From IMG/VR virus record IMGVR_UViG_3300017754_003767: DNA of 64,000 nt; one strand, given 5' to 3'. The DNA is from an uncultured virus (IMG/VR IMGVR_UViG_3300017754_003767). Taxonomy: Duplodnaviria; Heunggongvirae; Uroviricota; Caudoviricetes. The translations under genes and the position numbers were made by a program. Below are positions 34,574 to 44,152 of this stretch, in pieces. The notes under the pieces were generated by a model. The model searched no databases, was not told where the DNA came from, and worked only from the letters and a program-made list of their open reading frames with translations. Each line of letters begins with the position of its first letter. The stretch's first letter is position 1.

Positions 34574-35491
34574 ATGGGTGGCGGTCGCGGCGGAACAACT
34601 GTAGAGGCTCCTAAAGAGAGCCCAGAACAACGCGCTTATTATGCGCAGTTGGCAAGAGATATTGAAACGTCCCGCCAGAAAAAAGAAGAGCAAGAGCAGG
34701 CAGAAGCTTCCCGTCTCGCCAATTTACGTGCATCGGGCAGGTCTAGCCTTGGTTCTTATTCAAACATTTTTCAACAACAACTTAAAGCTGGCGCATTAAC
34801 GTCTAGCGCTGCAGCTGATCAACTTCGAGATTATCAGCAACGCTATGGACTTGAGGCTGGTGATATTGAGCCCCAACTCCAAGCCATTAAACAATATGAG
34901 CTTGAGCAGCTTCCCACGCAACGGGAAACTCTTGTTCAGCGTACATTCCAGGACATCCTGGGACGCAAAGCCTCTGGTCAGGAATTACAAACACGTCTTG
35001 ATGAAATTGCAAAATCAGGCGGCAGACTTGATGTCAACGCAATTGCTGATTCACTCAAGGGAAGCGATGAGTACAAGGAAAAGGTTGGTGGTAGCTACCT
35101 AGAGAATTACTACCGCACGTACTTTGGTCCCAGTGAAAAAGAAACTGTAAAGGGTGTTGAGGGTGCCCCAGATTGGCAAAAGAGTACCGGACGGTATACC
35201 ATTTCCACCGGCGCAGCGTTCTCCCCTACTCTTGATGAAGCCACCCAAAAAACAATCGGCCTTAAGTTTGGGGAGATGCCAGAAAAATTCACTGGCAGCG
35301 CAGGCGAAATTGAACAGATGCAACAAAAATTGCGTCAGCGCGATGAATTTGCTTACAACTCTGGCCTTACTAAGTTGCAAGGCCAGATTGATTCCGACAT
35401 TCAAAAGATTAAAAGGGGCAGCGCCAAAGAGGTTGCCGAAATTTCTTCCAAGACTGGAATTTATGGCAACCTTGTCTCTGGTTTCTGGTAA
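34574..35491 (+). CDS. Putative internal virion protein
   Basis: MGGGRGG start; coiled coils. Confidence 0.6.
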   Translation: MGGGRGGTTVEAPKESPEQRAYYAQLARDIETSRQKKEEQEQAEASRLANLRASGRSSLGSYSNIFQQQLKAGALTSSAAADQLRDYQQRYGLEAGDIEPQLQAIKQYELEQLPTQRETLVQRTFQDILGRKASGQELQTRLDEIAKSGGRLDVNAIADSLKGSDEYKEKVGGSYLENYYRTYFGPSEKETVKGVEGAPDWQKSTGRYTISTGAAFSPTLDEATQKTIGLKFGEMPEKFTGSAGEIEQMQQKLRQRDEFAYNSGLTKLQGQIDSDIQKIKRGSAKEVAEISSKTGIYGNLVSGFW

Positions 35492-35541
35492 CAATTAGTC
35501 TTGCTATAATTTTTTTAGTTACTTAAACGGAGCAACTACCT

Positions 35542-35802
35542 ATGGCTATTTCTAGCACTGAGTACAACAGGCTTCTTGGTGAAATCAATGCCGCCGGCGG
35601 TGTTGATGAAGCAACCAAAGAAGAGCAACGTAAGCGTCTTTTTGAGGCTGCTTACACCCCTTCTAGTTTTGATATGGCCGAATTCGAAGGTCTTCTGGGC
35701 AAACTCGAAGGCTCTAAAATGAAGCAGCAGCGTCAAAAGTCCGTTGAAGGTCGTCGTGACATCATGACCGGTGGCCTGGCTGGCATGATGAGCAACTTCT
35801 GA
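35542..35802 (+). CDS. Hypothetical protein
   Basis: GGAG SD; TATAAT upstream. Confidence 0.65.
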   Translation: MAISSTEYNRLLGEINAAGGVDEATKEEQRKRLFEAAYTPSSFDMAEFEGLLGKLEGSKMKQQRQKSVEGRRDIMTGGLAGMMSNF

Positions 35803-35812
35803 TCTTTTTTCA

Positions 35813-36190
35813 ATGACCGACGAAGAACGGCTGCAGTCTTACCGCGATGCTGCGGGTGCAGCATATGACTACCAACGCAATCGCGGTGAGTATCAGAGTC
35901 GCGTCTCTGATATTGACGCAGATACTTCTTTGGACGCAGATACTAAATCGCGTTTGAAAAAAGAAGCTGCAGACCGTTTCTATGGTACCGGTCAAGATGA
36001 AGCACGTGCTACTTTAGAACTTGGTGCTGAATTTGGCGAAAAAGCCGCTAAGTACAAAGGAGCTGAAGAACGTGCAACAATCGGAAAAGGGGCAGAAGAA
36101 ACACGCGCTGGAGCAGAGCAGGCTCAACTCTTCAAACAAAAAGACGAAGAGCGCGACTACCAGCAATCGCAACGCGGCTATAGATTCTGA
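35813..36190 (+). CDS. Hypothetical charged protein
   Basis: 125-aa ORF. Confidence 0.6.
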   Translation: MTDEERLQSYRDAAGAAYDYQRNRGEYQSRVSDIDADTSLDADTKSRLKKEAADRFYGTGQDEARATLELGAEFGEKAAKYKGAEERATIGKGAEETRAGAEQAQLFKQKDEERDYQQSQRGYRF

Positions 36191-36677
36191 GTTATTTGAA
36201 TACTGGGTCGACAATCTAGACTCATCGACCCAGGAGTCATTCATCTCCTTTGCACAAAATAACTACTCGGTTATTGAGTGTTATTTATACGCTCGCTTCC
36301 TCGGGTATTGCGGATCAATTGCATCTTGCGATGCCTGGGTTTCGTGTAACTATCCAAAGCCGGATCACCGCAAGATCCTTCTTACTGAAATTGACGAAAT
36401 GTTGGAAGACATTCGCAAGCTCAGGGAAGACATTGAAACATTTCAAATCAAACGTGATGCAGGCGTTGCACGTATTGCAACAATGCAGAAAGAATTACGT
36501 GGCACAATCGCACAGATCGATACATTTACTTCTACACGTGATAGAAAAGGTTTGTTAATGGCCGGTGCGGATCGTGCCATTCGTGAACTCATGTGCATCT
36601 TCAAGGATGATCCCATCGAAGCTCCCTTGCTTGAAGCATCAATGAGCGTGTGGGCAAAGATGCAACTAGACGAATAG
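36021..36677 (+). CDS. Hypothetical helical protein, candidate small terminase (true start probably near 36144-36180)
   Basis: Protein-like from IDSELFEYW; upstream of terL; coiled coil. Confidence 0.5.
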   Translation: MVLNLAKKPLSTKELKNVQQSEKGQKKHALEQSRLNSSNKKTKSATTSNRNAAIDSELFEYWVDNLDSSTQESFISFAQNNYSVIECYLYARFLGYCGSIASCDAWVSCNYPKPDHRKILLTEIDEMLEDIRKLREDIETFQIKRDAGVARIATMQKELRGTIAQIDTFTSTRDRKGLLMAGADRAIRELMCIFKDDPIEAPLLEASMSVWAKMQLDE

Positions 36678-36709
36678 ATGCATTAAACTAAAAAAAAGCA
36701 ATACATAAC

Positions 36710-36898
36710 ATGGGCGCTGGTAGACGTTCGATTCCAATTGCAGGCACAACGCCCCCGTATAGGGGTGGACAGTCGCGTTCACCCGAAGATGCCTTCCCAA
36801 GCCGTAACGCCTCACAGGGGCCAAAACAGCCGTCTCGTGACGTACGTGCACCCCTGGATAGCAAGGGAATTAACGTCGGGCCACGCCGTTCGTTTTAA
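36710..36898 (+). CDS. Small Arg/Pro-rich protein
   Basis: 62 aa; TAAACT upstream. Confidence 0.45.
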   Translation: MGAGRRSIPIAGTTPPYRGGQSRSPEDAFPSRNASQGPKQPSRDVRAPLDSKGINVGPRRSF

Positions 36899-36903
36899 TT
36901 GAT

Positions 36904-37062
36904 ATGAACAAAGGCAAAGTTCCGCCTCAATTCCTGGCACACTTAAAGAAAAAAGAAGCCAAGAACGAAGATGGCACCGAGATGAGTGATAAAGAAAAAC
37001 GTAAAGCAGCCCTTGATAAAGCACGTAAATATCAAGAGCAAAAACGTAAATCCAAAAAGTAG
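36904..37062 (+). CDS. Small basic protein (52 aa)
   Basis: MNKGKVPPQFLAHLKKKE... Confidence 0.6.
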   Translation: MNKGKVPPQFLAHLKKKEAKNEDGTEMSDKEKRKAALDKARKYQEQKRKSKK

Positions 37063-37093
37063 GTTAGTATTTAATTACTAACCAGTTAATGCT

Positions 37094-38620
37094 GTGCCTT
37101 CTCATCTTCACTTAGCTTATCGACGTAACGCTCAAGCTGCAGTTAAGAACCACAAGGTACGCAAACATAAGAACGAAGAGTTACTGCAAAGAGCCCGTGA
37201 AGATTTTGGGTTCTTTTGTGACTATGTAGCAGATAAAGCTCCGGCTCCTCACCATAAACAGTGGCACCGTCACTTTGTAACCGGCCAGGACAGTAGCTGT
37301 TTGGTTGGAATTGCTGGACCCAATATTGATTTACTTGCTCCCAGGGGTAGCGCCAAGAGTACAGTCCTGGGTTTGTTTACGGCATGGGCAATTGGTGTGC
37401 ACACGACAGCCAAGAAGCCATTACAGATTCTTTATCTTTCGTACACAGTTGATATTGCGCGCTCCAAATCTGCAACCATCAAGCGAATCATTGACAGTAA
37501 ACGATATCAAGAAGTTTTCCCGACAGTCAAACTTCTCAAAAACGTAACTAGTAATGAGTACTGGTCTATTGATCACAAATTTGCTGGCATTGACGTTACC
37601 GGTGATGAACAATTCACTTTGTGCGCAGCAGGCTTGAAAGGTTCAGTGACCTCCAAGCGTAGTCACCTCATCTGTATTGATGACCCTACCAAGAGTGCTG
37701 CAGACATTTCTAACCCAGACATCAGGAAGATGATGGAGGATAACTGGAATGCTGTTATTGCTCCTACGATGTTTGAAGGTGGACGAGCGATCTGCCTTGG
37801 GACACGCTTCCGCCACGACGATATTCACGCCACCACATTCAACGAACAAAACAATTGGACTCAAATTGTTCTCTCCGCAATTCAGGCCAACTCCAAAACA
37901 GGTGAAGAAGAATCCTATTGGCCTGAGATGTGGTCACTGGATTATTTAAAGGAAAAGAAACGGCAAGCACCTATTGCTTTTTCGTTCCAGTACATGAACA
38001 GGATTGTTCGCCAAAGCGAGCTGTCCCTGTCCCCAGAACTTTTAATTAAAGCTGAGATTGCAACTGAGTTTGATGCACTTGGCGTAGGTGTGGATCTATC
38101 TGCTGGAACTAAAGAAAAAAATGATTACACCGTATTTGTGCTTGGTGGCCGCATTGGTGATTGTATTCATATTATTGATTATCGGCGCATGCGCGTCATG
38201 GGTAACTTGGAAAAACTGGATGAACTAAAAGAACTTCTCAATGACTGGTGCATTGTAGGTAAAGATGAACAGGGCAACTATTTCCCAACGTATTCAACAT
38301 GTGATGTATGGTCCGAAGCAGTGCAGTATCAGGCATCTTTGGAGGCTGACTTCAAGCGTGTGTGCTTGAATGGCGATGGCCTTTTCAATTTGATCTGGCA
38401 CCCGGTCAAAGGATTCCGCGCTGATAAATTGGCGCGTTTCCGTGGCATCATGGGCCTGTTTGAAGACCGTAAGATCATCTTTAACAAATATCGGAATTTC
38501 GACACAATGTTTGAAGAGCTTACTAACTTTGGCGTAAGTGGACACGATGATTGCGTCGATTCGCTCGTGTGGTTGGTTAACGGTCTAGCTAAAAAGAGCA
38601 ACCTTCAATTTGATTACTGA
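37094..38620 (+). CDS. terL: Terminase large subunit
   Basis: Walker A LLAPRGSAKST; Walker B LICIDD; GTRF motif; nuclease GVDLS...D, HDDCVDS. Confidence 0.93.
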   Translation: MPSHLHLAYRRNAQAAVKNHKVRKHKNEELLQRAREDFGFFCDYVADKAPAPHHKQWHRHFVTGQDSSCLVGIAGPNIDLLAPRGSAKSTVLGLFTAWAIGVHTTAKKPLQILYLSYTVDIARSKSATIKRIIDSKRYQEVFPTVKLLKNVTSNEYWSIDHKFAGIDVTGDEQFTLCAAGLKGSVTSKRSHLICIDDPTKSAADISNPDIRKMMEDNWNAVIAPTMFEGGRAICLGTRFRHDDIHATTFNEQNNWTQIVLSAIQANSKTGEEESYWPEMWSLDYLKEKKRQAPIAFSFQYMNRIVRQSELSLSPELLIKAEIATEFDALGVGVDLSAGTKEKNDYTVFVLGGRIGDCIHIIDYRRMRVMGNLEKLDELKELLNDWCIVGKDEQGNYFPTYSTCDVWSEAVQYQASLEADFKRVCLNGDGLFNLIWHPVKGFRADKLARFRGIMGLFEDRKIIFNKYRNFDTMFEELTNFGVSGHDDCVDSLVWLVNGLAKKSNLQFDY

Positions 38621-38650
38621 ACTTATAATTAAAAGAAAAGCATCAGTCTT

Positions 38651-38944
38651 GTGGGTCCAGAGTACTTAGCAATTGCATTTACGGCAGTTGTTTCTGCTGT
38701 CACAGGCGGATCCTGGGCCGCAAACAAAATTTTATTCAGGGTTCACCAGCGCTTGGTTCAGTTATCAGACGACGTAATAACGCAAGAAAATAAGTTGAAT
38801 AGATTGCAGGAGCAGATTGGGCGCATGCCGATGGACTACGTATTGAAAGTAGATTTCTTACGTGAGATCCAGGAAATGCACGATAATTTTCGACAAATTA
38901 ACACTAAGCTTGATAAGCTAATGGAAAAGCTTTTGTCAAAATGA
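38651..38944 (+). CDS. Membrane-anchored coiled-coil protein (possibly lysis-related)
   Basis: N-terminal TM; YVLKVDF.RE...I..KLDKL. Confidence 0.55.
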   Translation: MGPEYLAIAFTAVVSAVTGGSWAANKILFRVHQRLVQLSDDVITQENKLNRLQEQIGRMPMDYVLKVDFLREIQEMHDNFRQINTKLDKLMEKLLSK

Positions 38945-39123
38945 GCTACATTATTGAGGTTCAAGAGGATGAATTTGGCGATCAATTTATCGCCCTCCCA
39001 GAAGAAATAAGTGAAGAACTTGGCTGGCAAGAAGGCGATATCCTCGAGTGGAACTTGAAAGGTGATGGAATTGTATTGAGTAGACTGAATGAAATAGCTG
39101 GTTACGAAGTACTGGAGGATTGA
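38941..39123 (+). CDS. AbrB/SpoVT-like swapped-hairpin protein
   Basis: GDQFIALPEEISEELGWQEGDILEW....DGIVLSR. Confidence 0.7.
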   Translation: MSYIIEVQEDEFGDQFIALPEEISEELGWQEGDILEWNLKGDGIVLSRLNEIAGYEVLED

Positions 39124-39447
39124 ATGGCTGGTTACTACGGTGGGTACATGGGTAATGAAGCTGGCATGCAAGGTACTATTGCGGGCCGCCCAAGCTTTCA
39201 AATCCCTGGAGCTACGCCCCGATATAAATTTCCGTATCTTCCAAACGAAGATCCAGATTCAGTGCCCATTCAATTAACTCCGCGCCAAGGGCAGCAACTC
39301 TTCCCCGTACCAGGTGCACAACGCCTGCTTCCTCAAGCGATGGGTGGAACTCCCCCCATGGGTAATGCAGGATTTTTCCAAGGTCCTCAATACGGACAGC
39401 AAGTAGGAATTCCTGGAGGCTTTCAAGATAAACATGTGTATTCATGA
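39124..39447 (+). CDS. Gly/Pro/Gln-rich hypothetical protein
   Basis: 107-aa ORF. Confidence 0.55.
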   Translation: MAGYYGGYMGNEAGMQGTIAGRPSFQIPGATPRYKFPYLPNEDPDSVPIQLTPRQGQQLFPVPGAQRLLPQAMGGTPPMGNAGFFQGPQYGQQVGIPGGFQDKHVYS

Positions 39448-39590
39448 AAAAGAAAAAGCTGGCCAAAGAAGCTCTCAAACACCCTGAATTGTTTACGCCA
39501 GGGGAGTTGGCTTACTTTGACCGGTGGTTGTGGCTTAAGAAACAAAAGAAAGCTGCTAAGATCAATACAGATAAAGAGGCTAATACTTAA
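39444..39590 (+). CDS. Small basic protein (48 aa)
   Basis: MKKKKLAKEALKHPELFTPGELAYF... Confidence 0.6.
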   Translation: MKKKKLAKEALKHPELFTPGELAYFDRWLWLKKQKKAAKINTDKEANT

Positions 39591-41923
39591 TGGCTGCCGA
39601 CGCTAAATCAAGGCTCAACGAAATTATTACTGCCTATATTGACAAAGATAGTTCTACTGTCGTCGATACGGGCGTTGTGGCCTCGCATTTGGCGCAGATG
39701 AAATTATTCGGCATCCGTCAGGGTGTTGAATTTTTTCCCAGCCAGGACAACTTTGGAAATCAACGCAAAGATTTTATCGACCGTGTAATCAAATACAATC
39801 AAATTGATGCACGCTTAGATTCAATCTGGGATTATTTCCTGTGTGATGGAAAAGGCCTGTTCTACATCAGGCCTACAAAAATTAACTATCGTATCTACTA
39901 CTTCCGGGAGCATGAGTACCGAACGTTCTACAACGTAGACGGTGACCTGGAAGAGGTGGTGATCATCTACAGCTACAAGGTGCGTCGCCCTAGTGGCTTT
40001 GGAGCCGAGATAGCACAGACAAATATTACCGGCAAAACGCTTGGTGACGGTCAGGCTTCAAGACGTTACATCAGGCTTTCGATTAAGCGTGACGAAATCA
40101 AAGAAACTCACGCAGAAGGTGAATTATCTTTTGACATGCCGGACTATGCAGTCTCCGGTAAAACAAAAACGTTAAAAAATACGCTTGGTTTTATTCCTTG
40201 CGTTGAGATCTTCAATAACCCCAAAGGTTTTGCGAACGACGGCGTTGGTGAATTTGATGCGCTTGCCAATCACATCGTCACGCATGACGAAATGGTTCGC
40301 ACCATGCGTAAGAACGTTCAGTTCTTTGGTAACCCCACACTGCTTTCGTCTCGTCCCAAGACAGACTTGATTGAGGCTGGCGGCGATTCCACAGTTCAGC
40401 GTCCTTCCATTGCAGCAAACTCTGGCTTCACCAGTCCTGCATCATTAAGTGCGTCAATGTTTAAGGCTGATCCCGTTAGCCGTGGCGTTGATGGTCAGAT
40501 TCGAGTTCCAAGGATTATTGCAAACCTGGAGCCGAATGACCGTGTTGGTTACATTGTTCCAGATGCAATTACCGGTGACCAAAACCAATTTGCACGTCAG
40601 TATCGCGAAGAAATTCGCACTGCACTTGGCGGCGTTGATGAACTGTCAATTTCCGCAGGTGTTACCGCAACTGAATACAAGTCACTATTTGGTCGTGTAT
40701 CGGCAACATCCAAGAAAAAAGCAACTGCAATTTACACGTATGGTATCTGCCGTTGCCTTGAATTAATTATTTATCAAGAAGAGCAACTCTTCCGTCAATC
40801 ATTGGCAGCAGCTGCTGGTATTGAGAAACCTGTTGATCTTCCTATTGATGCGCCAGAGGAAGAAATTGCTGCCTATAGGGAAGCAATGAAGATCTTCAAT
40901 GACCAAGTCAAAGAGATTATGATGGCTTGCGTGGAAACAAAAATGATTCCGCCAGGCGTTCTTGGGTTGATTCCCGATGGCGATGTCACAATGCTTTGGC
41001 GTTGGACAGGTCCTGTGTACGAGGAGACCACTCAGGACACACTTAATAATTCTATTGTGGTGCGCAACCTACAAGAATTAGGTGTTGATAGCATTGAAGC
41101 ACTGAAATACCTCTTCCCGTCTAAGACGGATGAGGAGCGGGCCGAGATGTTATCTGGGTTCCCGTTCAGGATGGTGAATGAATTGCAGAATGCTTATTCG
41201 CAATTTGCCAAATTGGTGGGGGGGATGATGCAGACTCCTCACCCTCAATCACCAGACTTACCGATGGCTGCTGATCCTCGTCTGGATCTGACACCCTATC
41301 TGTATCGAACCTTAGAAGCTTTACAAAAGGAGATGAGTTATGCAGGACGCTACCGTCCAATCGATCCCACAGACGAGCCAAGCACCAGCAGCAGTAGCCC
41401 CAAGCAGCTACGTGGTGGCAGCTCCGGCACCTCAGGCAGCGCCGGTGAACTACCAGGCAGCTCCAGTGGCTTATCAGGTGGGTACCAATTACCCTCAAGC
41501 GGTACCTCAGGCGAGCCCCAGCTACCAATCCGCCCCTATTCAGTACGCCCCCCAATCCCAACCGGCGGAAACCTCGGTGGGGAACCCGTGGGAATCGGCG
41601 TTCAACAAGGTGGTGAATCTTCTGAGCGCACCAGTTCAATCCCCGTTCCAGGGAGCACCCTCGCAGAGTCCGACGCAGTATACCCCGGCGAATTACGGAC
41701 AAGTCAGCAGCCCAGCTACGCAACAATCGGCTCCCCAGACTTGGTCGCCCAGCCAGGATTACTCTCCCAGCTATTCCCAAACCTCTTCGATGCTCTACGG
41801 AGCGGCAGCGGAGCAGGCCCACGCGGAAGTGGACAGCGCGATCGCGGACTACTACCATATGAGTCCGGAAACCCGGCAGGTACTAAACGCGTTCGGAACC
41901 GAAGCTCCCGCCGTACTAAATAA
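39590..41923 (+). CDS. Putative portal protein with a long disordered C-terminal extension
   Basis: Synteny terL-portal-scaffold-MCP; NTLGFIPCVEIFN and GVGEFD..ANHI..HD portal-like pattern. Confidence 0.65.
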   Translation: MAADAKSRLNEIITAYIDKDSSTVVDTGVVASHLAQMKLFGIRQGVEFFPSQDNFGNQRKDFIDRVIKYNQIDARLDSIWDYFLCDGKGLFYIRPTKINYRIYYFREHEYRTFYNVDGDLEEVVIIYSYKVRRPSGFGAEIAQTNITGKTLGDGQASRRYIRLSIKRDEIKETHAEGELSFDMPDYAVSGKTKTLKNTLGFIPCVEIFNNPKGFANDGVGEFDALANHIVTHDEMVRTMRKNVQFFGNPTLLSSRPKTDLIEAGGDSTVQRPSIAANSGFTSPASLSASMFKADPVSRGVDGQIRVPRIIANLEPNDRVGYIVPDAITGDQNQFARQYREEIRTALGGVDELSISAGVTATEYKSLFGRVSATSKKKATAIYTYGICRCLELIIYQEEQLFRQSLAAAAGIEKPVDLPIDAPEEEIAAYREAMKIFNDQVKEIMMACVETKMIPPGVLGLIPDGDVTMLWRWTGPVYEETTQDTLNNSIVVRNLQELGVDSIEALKYLFPSKTDEERAEMLSGFPFRMVNELQNAYSQFAKLVGGMMQTPHPQSPDLPMAADPRLDLTPYLYRTLEALQKEMSYAGRYRPIDPTDEPSTSSSSPKQLRGGSSGTSGSAGELPGSSSGLSGGYQLPSSGTSGEPQLPIRPYSVRPPIPTGGNLGGEPVGIGVQQGGESSERTSSIPVPGSTLAESDAVYPGELRTSQQPSYATIGSPDLVAQPGLLSQLFPNLFDALRSGSGAGPRGSGQRDRGLLPYESGNPAGTKRVRNRSSRRTK

Positions 41924-42347
41924 TTACGCCCTTCAACTTGAAGGGATGCTCGACAGTGCTGTTGCCTGGGGCGAGCGTGCTCAGAATGTGATCGTTGGTT
42001 ATGCCAACTTTGCTGTCAACGAGCACCAAGAAAACCTGGCTTACAACGAGATTCTTACCAATCCCGATGTTCTCAGCGACTACACCCTGAAGTTCTTTGG
42101 TCCTGAAGGTCCGTACCCCGTGTACGAAAGCGAAGCAGAACTGGAGACCCGTGGTTATCCCACCACCTCTGCCTATGGTCAGGTCGGTGAGTTCCCCGCT
42201 CCTCCCGCTGCAGCTGCTCCCCAGCAACCTGAAAACTTCTGGGGCAACTTTAGCGAGATCATGAATCGTGATCCCCAGAACGCCTGGCGCATCCTGAACC
42301 AAGCTCAGCCTGCCACTGTTGCAAACAAACTGTTTGTGATGGAGTAA
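41340..42347 (+). CDS. Putative scaffolding protein, overlapping the portal gene by 584 nt
   Basis: AGGAG SD before ATG41340; Pro/Gln/Ala-rich N-terminus and helical core; upstream of MCP. Confidence 0.65.
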   Translation: MQDATVQSIPQTSQAPAAVAPSSYVVAAPAPQAAPVNYQAAPVAYQVGTNYPQAVPQASPSYQSAPIQYAPQSQPAETSVGNPWESAFNKVVNLLSAPVQSPFQGAPSQSPTQYTPANYGQVSSPATQQSAPQTWSPSQDYSPSYSQTSSMLYGAAAEQAHAEVDSAIADYYHMSPETRQVLNAFGTEAPAVLNNYALQLEGMLDSAVAWGERAQNVIVGYANFAVNEHQENLAYNEILTNPDVLSDYTLKFFGPEGPYPVYESEAELETRGYPTTSAYGQVGEFPAPPAAAAPQQPENFWGNFSEIMNRDPQNAWRILNQAQPATVANKLFVME

Positions 42348-42351
42348 GGCC

Positions 42352-42843
42352 ATGCCTGTTGCTGGTAAATACGGACAGGTATTAAACGCAGCAGCGAGAA
42401 ACCCTGCCGGCGCCTTGAAAGCATCTGCTTTGGGCGCTGGCCTTCTTGGTGCAACAGGCTCTGTCATTGGAAACTTGACAGACAAAGAACAAGGCGAAGG
42501 CCCTCTTCGTATCTTGACTGAAGCCGCAAATGCAGGAACCCTTGCAGCTATCCCCGGTTTAATGCCTGGATATGCTGCTGCCGCTCTTGGTACGTTACGT
42601 CAACCGGGCATGGCACGTCGAGCTGTAAATGCTGCAGGTTCTGCAGCAAATGCACGCAAATCTTTCCAAGGTATTACCAGAGGAGCCGCGCTAGCTACGG
42701 CAGCTATTCCGGCTGCTGCTGGACTCGGAGGTTTGGCGGGAGGTGGCACATCTAATCTTTACAGCGCCATCGGCATCCCTGGTTTCCAGGCTGGAATTAA
42801 CCCTGAAGCCGCGAACGGTTCCAGTAATATGCAGTACGTTTAA
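42352..42843 (+). CDS. Ala/Gly-rich virion protein (MPVAGKY...)
   Basis: 163 aa; glycine zippers. Confidence 0.55.
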   Translation: MPVAGKYGQVLNAAARNPAGALKASALGAGLLGATGSVIGNLTDKEQGEGPLRILTEAANAGTLAAIPGLMPGYAAAALGTLRQPGMARRAVNAAGSAANARKSFQGITRGAALATAAIPAAAGLGGLAGGGTSNLYSAIGIPGFQAGINPEAANGSSNMQYV

Positions 42844-42954
42844 TTTTGCGTTCTTAACTAAAAATTAGATCCTGCTAAAATTTGTCTTAGATAAGACAAA
42901 AACTTGTCTAAATCTTTCACCCACAAGTCCCGCGACTCTGGAGGATATTAAAAA

Positions 42955-44118
42955 GTGTTTCTTGATACCGATTTCCCAAAAATCTTGGGTGCGGAACTTT
43001 ACCGTCCCCACCCTGCTTACATTGCCGAGATGGCTGTGGAGCCCGTGGTTGTCCACGACTTCACTCGCCAACCCGGTCAAACCGTTCAGTTAGACCGCTA
43101 CAAGTTCTGGGGTACCCCTGGTACTAAGGACAGCCGTGAGCGTATTGCCGACCAAACCATCGGTACCGCTAACAGCCGGAACATCACCAAGGAAAAGGTG
43201 CTGGTCGTACTTAAAGAGTACACCGGTCCTGCAGACCCCGGCGATCCGACCCAGCCTTCGACCTTCAAGATTGCTCGTGAAACTCTGATTACCGCCCAGC
43301 GTCTGCTGCTGGACACCGGTAACCTGAATATGTTCCACCAGTCCATCGGTAGCCTGACGCTGCTGGATGACTACCGTCGTTGGCGCGACCGCGTGTTCAT
43401 TGATGAACTCGCCAAAGCCGAAGCCAATGGTGCCGCTTCTACCAGCCAGGGTGGTTACTACTTCGCTGGTGGCAAGACCAAGGATTCTTCTGGTCGCGTT
43501 TCCTACACCTCTACCGAATACGGCAACGAAGTTCAGCAGTTCCAGGTGCGTACCGACCTGCTGACCATTGTTAAGGACCTGCGTAAGCGCAACGTTCCTA
43601 CCTATGCCGATGGTCTGTATCGCTGTATCTGCGATCCTACCTTCATGATGCACCTGCGTCGTGACCCCGACTTCCGTGAGATTGCCCGTTATGCTGGCAA
43701 CCCCGGTCAGGGCATGTACATGGGCAACCCCGGCATGCCTAACAATGCCAGCTTCTACATGGGTCCCCAAGCTGGTCAGGGCTACTTCCTGGCTGGTGAA
43801 CCCGTCATGCCTACTGGCGTGCAGTTTGAAGGCGTTAAGTTCTTCGAGTCGACCAACTTCCCGACCAAGAACGTTACTGCTTCTTTCAACGGTGGTTCTG
43901 GTTACTCTTCCCAAGAAGTGGCCCAAGGTTACTTCTTTGGTCCTCAGGCAATTGGCGTGGGTATCGGCGGCCCGAACGCTCAGGTGCTCATCAACAACAA
44001 CGACGACTTCAGCCGCTTTATCATCCTGATCTGGCAACTGTACGCTGGTTTTGAGATCCTGAACAAGGACTTCGTGACCACCGCGTTCAGCTTTGTGTCT
44101 GATGACGGTGCGATCTGA
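42955..44118 (+). CDS. Major capsid protein
   Basis: 387 aa; GGAGG SD; strongest codon bias in the window; HDFTRQPGQTVQLDRY and FEGVKFFES HK97-like patterns. Confidence 0.8.
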   Translation: MFLDTDFPKILGAELYRPHPAYIAEMAVEPVVVHDFTRQPGQTVQLDRYKFWGTPGTKDSRERIADQTIGTANSRNITKEKVLVVLKEYTGPADPGDPTQPSTFKIARETLITAQRLLLDTGNLNMFHQSIGSLTLLDDYRRWRDRVFIDELAKAEANGAASTSQGGYYFAGGKTKDSSGRVSYTSTEYGNEVQQFQVRTDLLTIVKDLRKRNVPTYADGLYRCICDPTFMMHLRRDPDFREIARYAGNPGQGMYMGNPGMPNNASFYMGPQAGQGYFLAGEPVMPTGVQFEGVKFFESTNFPTKNVTASFNGGSGYSSQEVAQGYFFGPQAIGVGIGGPNAQVLINNNDDFSRFIILIWQLYAGFEILNKDFVTTAFSFVSDDGAI

Positions 44119-44152
44119 TCAATAAACAATAACTAAACTATAGGAAAAATAA

